In this document: positions 27,624 through 37,040 of the stretch, piece after piece
Position numbering within the stretch: position 1 is the stretch's first letter
Layout: each line of letters begins with the position of its first letter
NCBI GenBank assembly: GCA_910577165.1
Contig: CAJTLX010000003.1
Location: forward strand, 95,458 to 159,457
Source: an uncultured Lachnospiraceae bacterium
GTDB lineage: Bacteria; Bacillota; Clostridia; Lachnospirales; Lachnospiraceae
Direction of reading: 5' to 3'
Length of the DNA: 64,000 bases
Made by a program: the position numbers and the translations under genes
The notes under the pieces: model-generated
Database searches by the model: none
What the model saw: only the letters and a program-made list of their open reading frames with translations
What the model was told of the DNA's origin: nothing

Positions 27624-29108
27624 TTAGATAATAATACAGATCATTCCTCCATTGCTCTCGTTTACAATCTTCTTCATGGTATCCTGCATTTTTCTTCGAC
27701 TCTCAATGGTCATGCGGTCGATCTTGGTCTGGATTCCCTCCTCGACAAGCTGTTGCAGTGTCTTTCCAAAGATATTTGTATCCCAGATTCCGGATTCTGA
27801 GCGGTCGGACTGTTCTAGCATATATTCAATCAGATCCTCCGCCTGTTCCTTTGTGCCTACAATCGGAGCAACTTCTGTTACAACATCCGCCTGAATCATA
27901 TGGACGGATGGTGCGGTCGCCTTTAATTTTACTCCGAATTTATTTCCGTGCCGGATAATCTCCGGCTGCTCAACAGAAACTTCACTGATGGACGGCATTA
28001 CAATGCCATAGCCATTCATCCCGACTTCCTCGCAGGCGTGTGCTACTTTCTCATACTCTTTGCGGCTCTCGGCAAGTTCCCTGATCATTTGGAAGAGTTG
28101 GTATTCTCCCTCGACTGGGGTTCCTATCATATCGCTAATATGCCCGTAATAACATTTCTCCGCCACATCGACTTTGATCTGTGCAACACCGTTTTCCATC
28201 GAGAGTTCCTCAAGCCGGAAACGGTAGAGATCATCCGCAAAAAGCTGTTTTTTCGTACTCTTTAAATCCTTCATCTTTACAAAGTGCCCAAGCATCTCCT
28301 TTGCATTCTGAATCATCCCCTGTTTGACTGGGTGTTCTTTTGGCAGCAGTTCTGTCCATTTCGGGATGCGAAACTGTAGTTCACTGACGGGGAACTCATC
28401 AAGGATCTTTTGCATGATCCGGTCAACATCCTCTTTTTTTAATTGTTCACAATTGACTGGAAGTACACTGACCCCGTACTGTATGGAAAGCTGCTCCGCA
28501 AGTTCTTTTGTCTCCGCAGAATATGGTCGTATTGTGTTTAAAAGTACAATGTAAGGTTTGCCGATCTTTTGCAGTTCGCCAATGGTTCGCTCTTCTGCCT
28601 GTTTGTAACTGTCTCTGCCAATCTCTGAAAAACTTCCGTCCGTGGTAATGACTAGCCCGATTGTTGAATGATCATGAATTACCTTGCGCGTTCCGATCTC
28701 CGCTGCCTGGGTAAATGGGATCTCATGATTAAACCAGGGGGTTTTTACCATGCGCTCCACATCATTTTCCATATGTCCAACTGCTCCGTCCACCATAAAC
28801 CCGACGCAGTCAATAATGCGCACCGAAACCTTTACCCCGTCAGAAATTTCAATCTCAACTGCCTCTTTCGGGATAAATTTTGGCTCCGTTGTCATTACTG
28901 TTTTGCCTGCCGCGCTCTGCGGCAGTTCGTCCGTTGCCAGCTCCCTGCTATGTATGTCATCGATCTCAGGAATGACCATCTCTTCCATAAAATGTTTGAT
29001 AAACGTCGATTTTCCCGTCCGCACCGGACCAACTACGCCAAGGTAGATTTCGCCGTTTGTCCGCTTGCGGATATCATTGTATAGATTGAACTTATTCTCC
29101 GTTTCCAT
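27624..29108 (-). CDS. spoIVA: stage IV sporulation protein A (spore coat morphogenetic ATPase)
   Basis: METENKFNLYNDIRKRTNGEIYLGVVGPVRTGKSTFIK (Walker A) with full-length SpoIVA-like sequence, 494 aa from the ATG at 29108 (GGAGGG RBS). Confidence 0.93.
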   Translation of the reverse strand: METENKFNLYNDIRKRTNGEIYLGVVGPVRTGKSTFIKHFMEEMVIPEIDDIHSRELATDELPQSAAGKTVMTTEPKFIPKEAVEIEISDGVKVSVRIIDCVGFMVDGAVGHMENDVERMVKTPWFNHEIPFTQAAEIGTRKVIHDHSTIGLVITTDGSFSEIGRDSYKQAEERTIGELQKIGKPYIVLLNTIRPYSAETKELAEQLSIQYGVSVLPVNCEQLKKEDVDRIMQKILDEFPVSELQFRIPKWTELLPKEHPVKQGMIQNAKEMLGHFVKMKDLKSTKKQLFADDLYRFRLEELSMENGVAQIKVDVAEKCYYGHISDMIGTPVEGEYQLFQMIRELAESRKEYEKVAHACEEVGMNGYGIVMPSISEVSVEQPEIIRHGNKFGVKLKATAPSVHMIQADVVTEVAPIVGTKEQAEDLIEYMLEQSDRSESGIWDTNIFGKTLQQLVEEGIQTKIDRMTIESRRKMQDTMKKIVNESNGGMICIII

Positions 29109-29167
29109 TGCGCACCCTCCGTTTTCCCTCCATCTTTTCCCGCGCAATTCGCCATGCGCTTTGCTTA

Positions 29168-29196
29168 ATTATATGAAGGGAACGGAAAGATTATTC
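29168..29196 (-). promoter_or_regulatory. sigma-E-like sporulation promoter upstream of spoIVA
   Basis: GAATAAT, 14-nt spacer, CATATAAT on the minus strand, against the remembered SigE consensus kmATATT-N14-CATACAnT. spoIVA is SigE-dependent in Bacillus. Confidence 0.45.
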
Positions 29197-29244
29197 CGGA
29201 CAGGCATTCAGTTTTCCGGCAATAAAATTTTTCCGCAATGACCA

Positions 29245-30087
29245 TTAGAATTCCAATACTTTTACCTTCCCCGGCTCCACACTGCCCGTCTTTCCACAAT
29301 CATCGTAAAAGAGTTCAAAGGCTGTCGGATTAAAAATCTGTCTTCCGTCCGCAGAAAAGATCAACCGATTCCACGCCTGCACATAATCGTACACCTCAAG
29401 ATTTGTCGCGTACCAGATCTCTTCCCGTCCGCCAATAAATTCCGCAAATTCCTCGATCACTTTCCAATTGTCGCGCTCCTCAAACTCATAGCTGTGTCCC
29501 CAGAGGTAGAATAACTGTGCCGTTGTCCAGTGAAATGGCTCAGTAAAGCGTCTTGCAAGTGCCATCAGCTCCGGATCATTGTGGTGACAGGTCGCTGGCA
29601 GACGCAGCCAGTCGCGCGGAAGATCAAAGTTTCTCGTCGATTGTACAGTTCTCGCATAAGCAATCCCGCATTCTTTCAAAATCTCCACAACCTCATCATC
29701 GTAAGTTCCGAATGGGTATGCCATACCGCGCACAATGCAACCGAACTGTTCTTCCAGATTTTCCCTGTCCTTTAACACTTCCTGCACACATAAAATTGGC
29801 GGAAGTTCCTGTAAAAATGGATGCGTCAGTCCATGTACTGCAACCTCCATTCCATTTTCCAGATAAAGACCCTTCATCTTTTCCCTGGTCAGGCGGCGAT
29901 GAATCCGCCCTTTTTCAAAGACTGTTCCTTCCGGCGGATAGGCACCGGAATTTAAATTGAATGTCCCCTTTAGTCCGTGCGCCTTCATAATCTCAATCAA
30001 CTTGACATCCTGTTCCACCCCATCGTCATAGCTGAGTGTGAGCGCGCGCTGCCGCCCGCCCGGAAATCTCATCAAAACCTGTCCCAT
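29245..30087 (-). CDS. polysaccharide deacetylase (NodB/CE4 family)
   Basis: LTLSYDDG (motif 1), VAVHGLTH (motif 2), WGHSYEF. Start uncertain: 30087 has GGAGGGG upstream, 30102 is the alternative. Confidence 0.85.
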   Translation of the reverse strand: MGQVLMRFPGGRQRALTLSYDDGVEQDVKLIEIMKAHGLKGTFNLNSGAYPPEGTVFEKGRIHRRLTREKMKGLYLENGMEVAVHGLTHPFLQELPPILCVQEVLKDRENLEEQFGCIVRGMAYPFGTYDDEVVEILKECGIAYARTVQSTRNFDLPRDWLRLPATCHHNDPELMALARRFTEPFHWTTAQLFYLWGHSYEFEERDNWKVIEEFAEFIGGREEIWYATNLEVYDYVQAWNRLIFSADGRQIFNPTAFELFYDDCGKTGSVEPGKVKVLEF

Positions 30088-30120
30088 CAAAATCCCCTCC
30101 ATTCTTTTTTTGCTCTCACC

Positions 30121-30246
30121 CTATACCATCTTTTTGGCATCCGCCTTTTTTCTCCAAAAAATCCCAAGTTTCACTGCGCCAAAGATCCCCGCGCAATACA
30201 GAATAAACACAAATAAATAGTATACAAATCCTGCCAACAATGCCAT
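30121..30246 (-). CDS. 41-aa small membrane protein (unrecognised)
   Basis: AGGAGG 7 nt upstream of the ATG at 30246. MALLAGFVYYLFVFILYCAGIFGAVKLGIFWRKKADAKKMV, a single TM plus basic tail. Confidence 0.5.
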   Translation of the reverse strand: MALLAGFVYYLFVFILYCAGIFGAVKLGIFWRKKADAKKMV

Positions 30247-30272
30247 TTTTCTGCCTCCTTGCCACAAATAAA

Positions 30273-31550
30273 CTAATGTCTGTGAACCAGTTCCCCTGTG
30301 ATATCTTCCCAGTCCACACCGCACTCTGCCATTAATACCATCATATGATAGAGGAAGTCCGCAATCTCGTACTTTACTTCCTCCTTGTTTGGATTCTTTG
30401 CCGCAATCACAATTTCTGTTGCCTCCTCACCGCATTTTTTTAGGATCTTATCGATCCCCTTGTCAAAGAGGTAGGTGGTGTAAGATCCCTCCTTAGGATG
30501 CTCCTTTCGGTCAAGAATCACTCCAAAGACTTCCTCAAGCACATTCATTGTATTTCCAAAACGGCAGGTTTTCCTTAAAAGCTCACGGTAAAAACAGCTG
30601 CGGTTCCCAGTGTGACACGCTGCCCCAACCTGCATTACCTTTGCGAGCAAGGTATCGCTGTCACAGTCGATGGACAGGGATTTCACATACTGAAAATGTC
30701 CGGATTCCTCACCCTTTACCCAAAGCTTCTGCCTCTCTCGCGAAAAATACGTCATCTTCCCGGTCTCTACGGTCTTATTATATGCCATTTCATCCATATA
30801 CGCAAGCATTAAAACTTCATTATTTTTATAGTCCTGCACAATTACCGGGACGAGTCCATCCGGATTTTTCTTCATCTGTGCAAAGCTTATCGCCGTATCA
30901 AAAGTATCCACTGGCGCACCGCTTTCTTTTAAAGCGCGTTTGATCGCAAAAATATTTTTGTTCTCGTAATAATCCGTCGCAACCCCTGAGACATTCTTCA
31001 TCAAAAGCAATGTTCCCATATCGTTGCGCATTAAGGAATCGCGAATTAATACGGGAAGTCCCGCGCTTTTTACCTTTTCCCTTACGCTGTCCGTCACGGT
31101 CAGATGCTTGATTAAAAGTCCCGCCGCACCGTACTTTTCCATCTCCCTTACAATATCGTCAAGAATCAGCGGGGCAGCGTATTTCTCATCCGCCGCATTT
31201 AACTCAATCAGGAGTTTGTCCTTTCCGAAACGCTCTGCACCCTCCTTGATAAGAAGGGGATCGGAAAGTTTTTCGTAGGGGATCACTACCTGCTTCGCGC
31301 CCGTATAGAGAGCTTTTTTGATATCCTCAAAACGCCCGATACAACAGCCGATAAGCACGGGGATATCCACCTGCCTTACTATCTGGCGCGCCGATAAAAA
31401 GAATTCCTCCCTCTCAGATTCCAACACGGAATAATTGTAAATAAAAAGCGCGTCCGCACCGGATCTATCATAGCGCACAGCACGTTTTAAGACGCTTTCC
31501 GCCATCTCGTTTTCCGCATTGATATAGGAAATAATTTTTTTATACTCCAT
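30273..31550 (-). CDS. hisI: HisIE (phosphoribosyl-AMP cyclohydrolase / phosphoribosyl-ATP pyrophosphatase) fused to an N-terminal degenerate HisF-like barrel
   Basis: C-terminal about 210 aa: [42 protein letters not shown] (HisI) and [26 protein letters not shown] (HisE). The N-terminal about 215 aa aligns by eye to HisF ([44 protein letters not shown]). Confidence 0.85.
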   Translation of the reverse strand: MEYKKIISYINAENEMAESVLKRAVRYDRSGADALFIYNYSVLESEREEFFLSARQIVRQVDIPVLIGCCIGRFEDIKKALYTGAKQVVIPYEKLSDPLLIKEGAERFGKDKLLIELNAADEKYAAPLILDDIVREMEKYGAAGLLIKHLTVTDSVREKVKSAGLPVLIRDSLMRNDMGTLLLMKNVSGVATDYYENKNIFAIKRALKESGAPVDTFDTAISFAQMKKNPDGLVPVIVQDYKNNEVLMLAYMDEMAYNKTVETGKMTYFSRERQKLWVKGEESGHFQYVKSLSIDCDSDTLLAKVMQVGAACHTGNRSCFYRELLRKTCRFGNTMNVLEEVFGVILDRKEHPKEGSYTTYLFDKGIDKILKKCGEEATEIVIAAKNPNKEEVKYEIADFLYHMMVLMAECGVDWEDITGELVHRH

Positions 31551-32259
31551 ATTTCTTTACCGCCTCTCTTAGATTGACACGGTTTTCATACAGTGCTTTT
31601 CCAATGATCGCCCCATAGACAGGAATACTGTTCAGATCATCCAAATCCTTCATTGAAGAAACGCCGCCGGAGGCAATAATATCCATCTGCGTTTTCTCCA
31701 CCATATCCCTCGTGTGTTCAAGATTCGGACCGGAGAGCATTCCGTCCCTGGAGATATCCGTGTAGATAATCGTTTTTATGCCGATCTCCTTCATTTCAAG
31801 GGCGAGCTGCACCGCGTTGTAATTGCTGATTTTTTCCCAGCCGTCCGTTGCTACCATCCCATTTTTCGCATCGATCCCAACTACAATTTTGCTGTTTCCA
31901 AACCGCCTAAGAGCCTCCCTGACAAAATGTGGGTTCTCGACCGCACTTGTGCCGATAATCACCCTTCCCACGCCAAGATTTAATTTGGTTTCAATATCCT
32001 GTATGGTGCGGATCCCGCCGCCGACTTCCACCGGAATGGAAACATTTTCTACAATCGCCTTAATCACATCCTCATTTACAGAATGCCCTGCCAGTGCCCC
32101 GTCCAGATCGACAATATGGATAAATGCAGCACCGGATTCTTGGAAATTTTTAGCAATTCGCACTGGCACTTGCGAGTATACCTCCACATTATGGAACTGC
32201 CCCTGGCGCAGCCTGACACACTGCCCGTTTTTAATATCAATCGCCGGAAATAATTTCAT
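31540..32259 (-). CDS. hisA: 1-(5-phosphoribosyl)-5-[(5-phosphoribosylamino)methylideneamino]imidazole-4-carboxamide isomerase
   Basis: [17 protein letters not shown].., [33 protein letters not shown]. 239 aa. Confidence 0.93.
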   Translation of the reverse strand: MKLFPAIDIKNGQCVRLRQGQFHNVEVYSQVPVRIAKNFQESGAAFIHIVDLDGALAGHSVNEDVIKAIVENVSIPVEVGGGIRTIQDIETKLNLGVGRVIIGTSAVENPHFVREALRRFGNSKIVVGIDAKNGMVATDGWEKISNYNAVQLALEMKEIGIKTIIYTDISRDGMLSGPNLEHTRDMVEKTQMDIIASGGVSSMKDLDDLNSIPVYGAIIGKALYENRVNLREAVKKYGV

Positions 32260-32435
32260 AGAGATCTCCTTTCTTTTCTATCAAGAACGCTTCTAGCGTT
32301 CTTGCGGCGGCACGCGGGTCAGCTTTGCTGACTATTTTCTTTCCGCGTGCCTGTCATCTGCCGGAGGTATATCAGATAGGGAGTTGACTCCGCTATTGAT
32401 ACGAATAAATTGCCCACCGCCTATAAATGCGGAAG

Positions 32436-33038
32436 TTATTCCACATCTGATATAAGTGTCCCCTTGGTCGAGAGTGCCCCCTCAATCCGCTCGTCTATAG
32501 AAACTGCCATATCAAGAGCTTTTCCAAACGCCTTAAACATTGCCTCGATAATATGGTGGGCATTTGTCCCATCCATCTGTTTTAAATGCAAATTCATTCC
32601 GGCACTGTAGGAGATGGCATAGAAAAACTCCCGCGCAAGCTCTGTCTCAAATTCTCCCACGCGTTCTGCGGCAAATTTTGCCTCAAAATTAAAATATGGT
32701 CTGCCGGAAAGATCGATTGCGCACAGGATCAGCACCTCATCCATCGGCAGTAGAAAAGAGCCGTATCGCTTGATCCCCGCCTTATCGGAAAGTGCCTTTT
32801 TTATCGCCTGTCCCAGTACAATCCCCGCATCTTCCACGGTATGATGTCCATCCACATACAGATCACCTTTTACCGTAAGATTCAAGTCAAAAAAGCCATG
32901 GCGGGCAAAACTGCAGAGCATATGATCAAAAAATCCGATCCCCGTTTCCACCTTCCCGACTCCGCGCCCATCTAAATTTAATTCCAGATGGATCTCGGTC
33001 TCCTTCGTCGTCCGTACTATTGATGCTTTTCTTTCCAT
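32436..33038 (-). CDS. hisB: imidazoleglycerol-phosphate dehydratase
   Basis: RTTKETEI, GIGFFDHML, DGHHTVEDAGI, NAHHIIEA motifs. ATG at 33038 lies 4 nt after the hisD stop, with GAAGGAAAA upstream. Confidence 0.93.
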   Translation of the reverse strand: MERKASIVRTTKETEIHLELNLDGRGVGKVETGIGFFDHMLCSFARHGFFDLNLTVKGDLYVDGHHTVEDAGIVLGQAIKKALSDKAGIKRYGSFLLPMDEVLILCAIDLSGRPYFNFEAKFAAERVGEFETELAREFFYAISYSAGMNLHLKQMDGTNAHHIIEAMFKAFGKALDMAVSIDERIEGALSTKGTLISDVE

Positions 33039-33042
33039 TTTT

Positions 33043-34344
33043 TTATTTTCCTTCTTTCTCAAACCGGACAGAAATTGAATTTGCGTGTGCCGTTAACCCC
33101 TCCGCCTGCGCAAAAAATTCGATATCGCTATGTACTTTTTCAAGTGCCTCCCGCGAGTACGAGATAATGCTTGATTTTTTTACAAAATCATCCACGGAGA
33201 GCGGAGAGAAAAATTTTGCGGTGCCGTTAGTCGGCAAAATATGATTTGGACCGGCAAAATAATCGCCGAGCGGCTCACTTGAATATTCCCCAAGGAATAT
33301 CGCCCCTGCGTTTTTGATTTTCGTCATTATCTCAAATGGATTCTCTGTCACAATTTCAAGATGTTCTGACGCGATCTCGTTGGCAGCAGCAATGGCTTCT
33401 TCCATATTTTGCGCAATCAGCAAATACCCATAATTTTCCAGAGACTTCTCCAAGATCTCTCTGCGGGAAAGTTTGGTTAAAAAGGCATCGATCTCAAGAT
33501 TGACCTTCTCCGCAAGTTCCCTGCTTGTCGTGACTAAAATCGCGCTTGCAAGCTCATCATGTTCCGCCTGCGATAACAGATCCGCCGCCACATAGCGCGG
33601 GTTTGCCGTTTCGTCCGCAATCACTAAAATTTCGCTTGGCCCTGCAATGGAATCAATGCTGACATGACCATAGACTGCCTTTTTCGCCAGCGCGACAAAA
33701 ATATTGCCGGGACCTACAATCTTATCCACCTTGCGAATGCTCTTTGTCCCAAAAGCCAGTGCCGCGATCGCCTGCGCACCGCCCACCTTGTAAATCTGTG
33801 TAACGCCCGCCTCCTTCGCAGCAACCAAAGTGGCAGGATTTACCCTTCCATCCTTTCCTGGCGGCGTTGTCATAAGAATCTGTTCAACTCCCGCCACTTT
33901 CGCCGGCAAAACATTCATCAACACGGAGGAAGGATAGGCTGCTTTCCCTCCTGGAACATAAACTCCTACCGAAGCAACAGGGGTGATCTTTTGCCCCAGA
34001 ATAATCCCATCCTCCTTTGTGTCAAACCAGCTATTTCGCTTTTGAAGCATATGGTAGGACTCAATATTTTTGATCGCGGCGCGGAGTACGCGCAAAAATT
34101 CCGCATCCACCTCCCTGTACGCCGCATCGATCTCCTCGTTTGTCACACGGATATTATCCGCATTTATCTTAGTTTTATCAAATTGTAAGGTGTAATCAAA
34201 CAACGCTTCATCCCCCCGCTCTCTCACCTCCCCGATAATCTTTGCCACGGTTTCCTCATACTCTGTATATTGATTTGGACTGCGTTTTAATAAATCCTCC
34301 AACAGATTTTTTCTTGTATTTTCATTTAATTCCACAATTCGCAT
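33043..34344 (-). CDS. hisD: histidinol dehydrogenase
   Basis: 433 aa. GVYVPGGKAAYPSSVLM, IAGPSE, LLSQAEHD, GDYFAGPNHILPT. Confidence 0.95.
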   Translation of the reverse strand: MRIVELNENTRKNLLEDLLKRSPNQYTEYEETVAKIIGEVRERGDEALFDYTLQFDKTKINADNIRVTNEEIDAAYREVDAEFLRVLRAAIKNIESYHMLQKRNSWFDTKEDGIILGQKITPVASVGVYVPGGKAAYPSSVLMNVLPAKVAGVEQILMTTPPGKDGRVNPATLVAAKEAGVTQIYKVGGAQAIAALAFGTKSIRKVDKIVGPGNIFVALAKKAVYGHVSIDSIAGPSEILVIADETANPRYVAADLLSQAEHDELASAILVTTSRELAEKVNLEIDAFLTKLSRREILEKSLENYGYLLIAQNMEEAIAAANEIASEHLEIVTENPFEIMTKIKNAGAIFLGEYSSEPLGDYFAGPNHILPTNGTAKFFSPLSVDDFVKKSSIISYSREALEKVHSDIEFFAQAEGLTAHANSISVRFEKEGK

Positions 34345-34385
34345 TTCTATCCTCTCCTTTCACAAAGATGCGCACAATGCTTTCT

Positions 34386-35048
34386 TTATTCCATTCTCTT
34401 TTGACTTCTCTCAATCACCAACTCTTTTAGGGCGTTGATCAGTGTGGTGATGCGCTCATGTTCCATCTTCATACTAACCTGATTGACCACCATACGCGCC
34501 GAGAGCGGGCAGACCTCCTCCAAAACCACAAGCCCGTTTTCTTTCAATGTCGATCCGGTTTCCACAATATCCACAATCACTTCTGAGAGTCCAACGATGG
34601 GCGCGAGTTCGATCGAACCGTTCAACTTGATAATCTCCACGGTCTGATGCTTTTTATTGTAAAAATAATCCTTTGCGATCCTTGGATATTTCGTTGCCAC
34701 GCGGATCAGTTCGCCATGCTTTAACAATTCTGCCGCATCCTCCGGTCCCGCCACGCACATACGGCACTGTCCAATTTTTAAATCTAATACCTCGTACATT
34801 TTGCGGCTCTCCTCAAGGATGGTATCTTTTCCGACAATCCCGATATCTGCCGCGCCATACTCAACATAGGTCGGTACATCGTTCGCCTTGGCAAGAAAAA
34901 AACGAAATTTTAATTCCTCGTTCGCAAAGATTAGTTTTCTGGAAGTTGGATCTTGCATTTCCTCGCAGGTAATCCCGATTGCCGCCAGCATCTCCATTGC
35001 TTTTTTTGCCAAACGCCCCTTTGCAAGGGCGATTGTAATATAATTCAT
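34386..35048 (-). CDS. hisG: ATP phosphoribosyltransferase, short (HisZ-dependent) form
   Basis: 220 aa. [43 protein letters not shown]. Lacks the C-terminal regulatory domain, consistent with the adjacent hisZ. Confidence 0.93.
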   Translation of the reverse strand: MNYITIALAKGRLAKKAMEMLAAIGITCEEMQDPTSRKLIFANEELKFRFFLAKANDVPTYVEYGAADIGIVGKDTILEESRKMYEVLDLKIGQCRMCVAGPEDAAELLKHGELIRVATKYPRIAKDYFYNKKHQTVEIIKLNGSIELAPIVGLSEVIVDIVETGSTLKENGLVVLEEVCPLSARMVVNQVSMKMEHERITTLINALKELVIERSQKRME

Positions 35049-35063
35049 ATTTTAATCCCTTTC

Positions 35064-35098
35064 TGATTTTTAGTTTTGATTTTTAGTTCTGCAGAAAT
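35064..35098. repeat. two tandem 'head' modules of the intergenic repeat family (no hairpin)
   Basis: GATTTTTAGTTTT GATTTTTAGTTCTGCAGAA between the hisZ stop and the hisG RBS. Confidence 0.5.
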
Positions 35099-35101
35099 CC
35101 C

Positions 35102-36307
35102 TTATTTTTTGCGAGTGCCGTCCTCCTTTAGGAAGAGTACTTTCTGAAAGTTCATCCGCTTTGCATATTTAGCATAGTCCTCGTCACAGAACTTCTCATC
35201 CGCCAGAAGAAGCTCTACCCGGCTATCCGTTTCCCGCATCGAAATTGCCAGCGCGATAGCTTCTTTGTCCTGTCCTTTTTCATAGACAATCAAATGGTTT
35301 TTCGCCTTGGGTTCCTCTAACAGATCCTGCCTTGCAAGTGCTGCCAAAAGCTGATTTACGATGATTGCCATACCGATGGCGGGCGCGTCCTTGCCAAATT
35401 GCCCGACAAGCGAATCGTATCTGCCTCCGGTTGCCACGGCATCCCCCGTTCCAAAGGTGTATGCCCTGAAAATAATCCCAGTATAATAATTAAATTTGCT
35501 CAACATTCCAAGATCAAAAGTAATATATTCCTCAAATCCGTATTCACACAAAAGCGCGTAGAGGGCTTCCAAGCGTTCAATTGCCGCAAGTGCGCGTGAA
35601 TTGGAAATTTTTTCCTTAACATAGAGCAGGCGATCGAGTGTGCCAAAGAGTTCCGGCAGCTTTAAAATCACTTCCTTTAAATTATCCGGCAGATTCTTTC
35701 CGGAAATAATTTCCTCCACGCCAAACATATTTTTATTTTCAATTAACACGCGCAACATTTCAGCCTCATCCGGCGCGATCCCGGCTTCCTCCATCAATCC
35801 GCGAAAGAAGTCCGCCTGCCCGATCTCCACCTGAAAACGCTTTAGTCCCGCATCTAAAAGACAGTCCACCGTAAGTGCGATCATTTCCGCGTCCGCCTCA
35901 ACGGTGGCATCGTTGATTAGTTCCGCGCCAAGCTGTGCAACCTGTTTTAATTTTCCCTGATAACTTGTATTGTTTACAAAGGTATCCCCTATGTAACAAA
36001 AGCGCACGGGCAAATTTTCCTCACGATAATATTTTGCCATACAGCGCGCGATCGGTGGAGTCATATCCGGACGCAGCACAAGCGTGTTGCCTTCGCGGTC
36101 AAAAAATTTATACATTTCATTGCTTGGCACCGTGCCGCGCTCCTTGTTAAATATATCAAAAAATTCGAACATCGGCGTTTCAATATCCCGAAATCCATAT
36201 AGGTGAAGACGGTGTCGCAGACAATGTTCCAAAGTTAATTTTCTCTCACATTCCACATTGTAAATATCCCTTACTCCCTCCGGGGTATGCAATAATCTCT
36301 CATTCAT
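35102..36307 (-). CDS. hisZ: ATP phosphoribosyltransferase regulatory subunit (HisRS paralog)
   Basis: 401 aa. HisRS-like class II core (PEGVRD, LRPDMTPPIAR, FRAY..GGRYD) without an anticodon-binding function. First gene of the his operon. Confidence 0.9.
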   Translation of the reverse strand: MNERLLHTPEGVRDIYNVECERKLTLEHCLRHRLHLYGFRDIETPMFEFFDIFNKERGTVPSNEMYKFFDREGNTLVLRPDMTPPIARCMAKYYREENLPVRFCYIGDTFVNNTSYQGKLKQVAQLGAELINDATVEADAEMIALTVDCLLDAGLKRFQVEIGQADFFRGLMEEAGIAPDEAEMLRVLIENKNMFGVEEIISGKNLPDNLKEVILKLPELFGTLDRLLYVKEKISNSRALAAIERLEALYALLCEYGFEEYITFDLGMLSKFNYYTGIIFRAYTFGTGDAVATGGRYDSLVGQFGKDAPAIGMAIIVNQLLAALARQDLLEEPKAKNHLIVYEKGQDKEAIALAISMRETDSRVELLLADEKFCDEDYAKYAKRMNFQKVLFLKEDGTRKK

Positions 36308-36386
36308 CCTGCCTGTCTCTCCCTCTCTCCGCTTAATTTTACTTTGTTATAGTAAAGCGATACCTTACTATCACAAGAACGTAATC

Positions 36387-36415
36387 ATTATACTGAATGC
36401 TTTCCGATTTGTCAA
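36387..36415 (-). promoter_or_regulatory. sigma-A promoter of the his operon
   Basis: TTGACA (36415-36410), 17-nt spacer, TATAAT (36392-36387). The -35 overlaps the recU stop codon. The leader is only about 75 nt (no T-box-sized leader). Confidence 0.65.
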
Positions 36416-36945
36416 GCCTGTCGTTCTTCCAAATCTTTTTTAATCATTTCTAAATAAGGGACATACATCCCATGATTTTCCCGAAAAAAATAGTCAGCAT
36501 TAAGCTCGTCAAAACGAATGCTCTTTCGCCCGCCTTTCACCGCGCGCTCCGTATAGATCTCAAGTTCGCGCAGACGCATATAATAATATTTATCTTGGCT
36601 TTTATAATAAATAATCAGGAAGGCAACCCCATCCTGAGCCTCAAACTCGTGCATAAACCGCACCTGATGTTCGTGGACATTTGCAAGGGCAAAGGTATCA
36701 CAGGCACATTCCTTGGCGTCAAAGCAGACCGGAATTCCCTGAATAGCACCAATATAATCCACCGTACTTTTCTGGTCAAAATAAGCGAGAGTAATATGGC
36801 GGCTCTTTTTATCTATCTCAATCGGCGTGATGGGAGTCGGCACTTTCTGAATCAGTGCCAGTCCCCGATCGCGGTATTTCTCATTGGTCAGATTGATCAT
36901 TTCTTCCAACATTGAACCGCGCAGACCGCGCGAATTCCAAGCCAT
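36412..36945 (-). CDS. recU: Holliday junction resolvase RecU
   Basis: GSMLEEMINLTNEKYRDRGLALIQKVPTP..TVDYIG..FDAKEC..: RecU family signature. Start at MAWNSRG after GGGGGAGGGG. Confidence 0.9.
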   Translation of the reverse strand: MAWNSRGLRGSMLEEMINLTNEKYRDRGLALIQKVPTPITPIEIDKKSRHITLAYFDQKSTVDYIGAIQGIPVCFDAKECACDTFALANVHEHQVRFMHEFEAQDGVAFLIIYYKSQDKYYYMRLRELEIYTERAVKGGRKSIRFDELNADYFFRENHGMYVPYLEMIKKDLEERQA

Positions 36946-37040
36946 TTTCCCCTCCCCCTTTCTTTCTCCGCACACCTATAATTTTGTTTAAGGGCTTATC
37001 CTAGTCAAAAATTGCATTATCACCAAAGCAAAATTATCAT

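Noticed and set aside
36308-36386. his operon leader checked for a T-box or attenuator
   Set aside because: The leader is only about 75 nt. It has no specifier/T-box sequence (AGGGTGGNACC-like), no His-codon leader peptide and no terminator/antiterminator pair.
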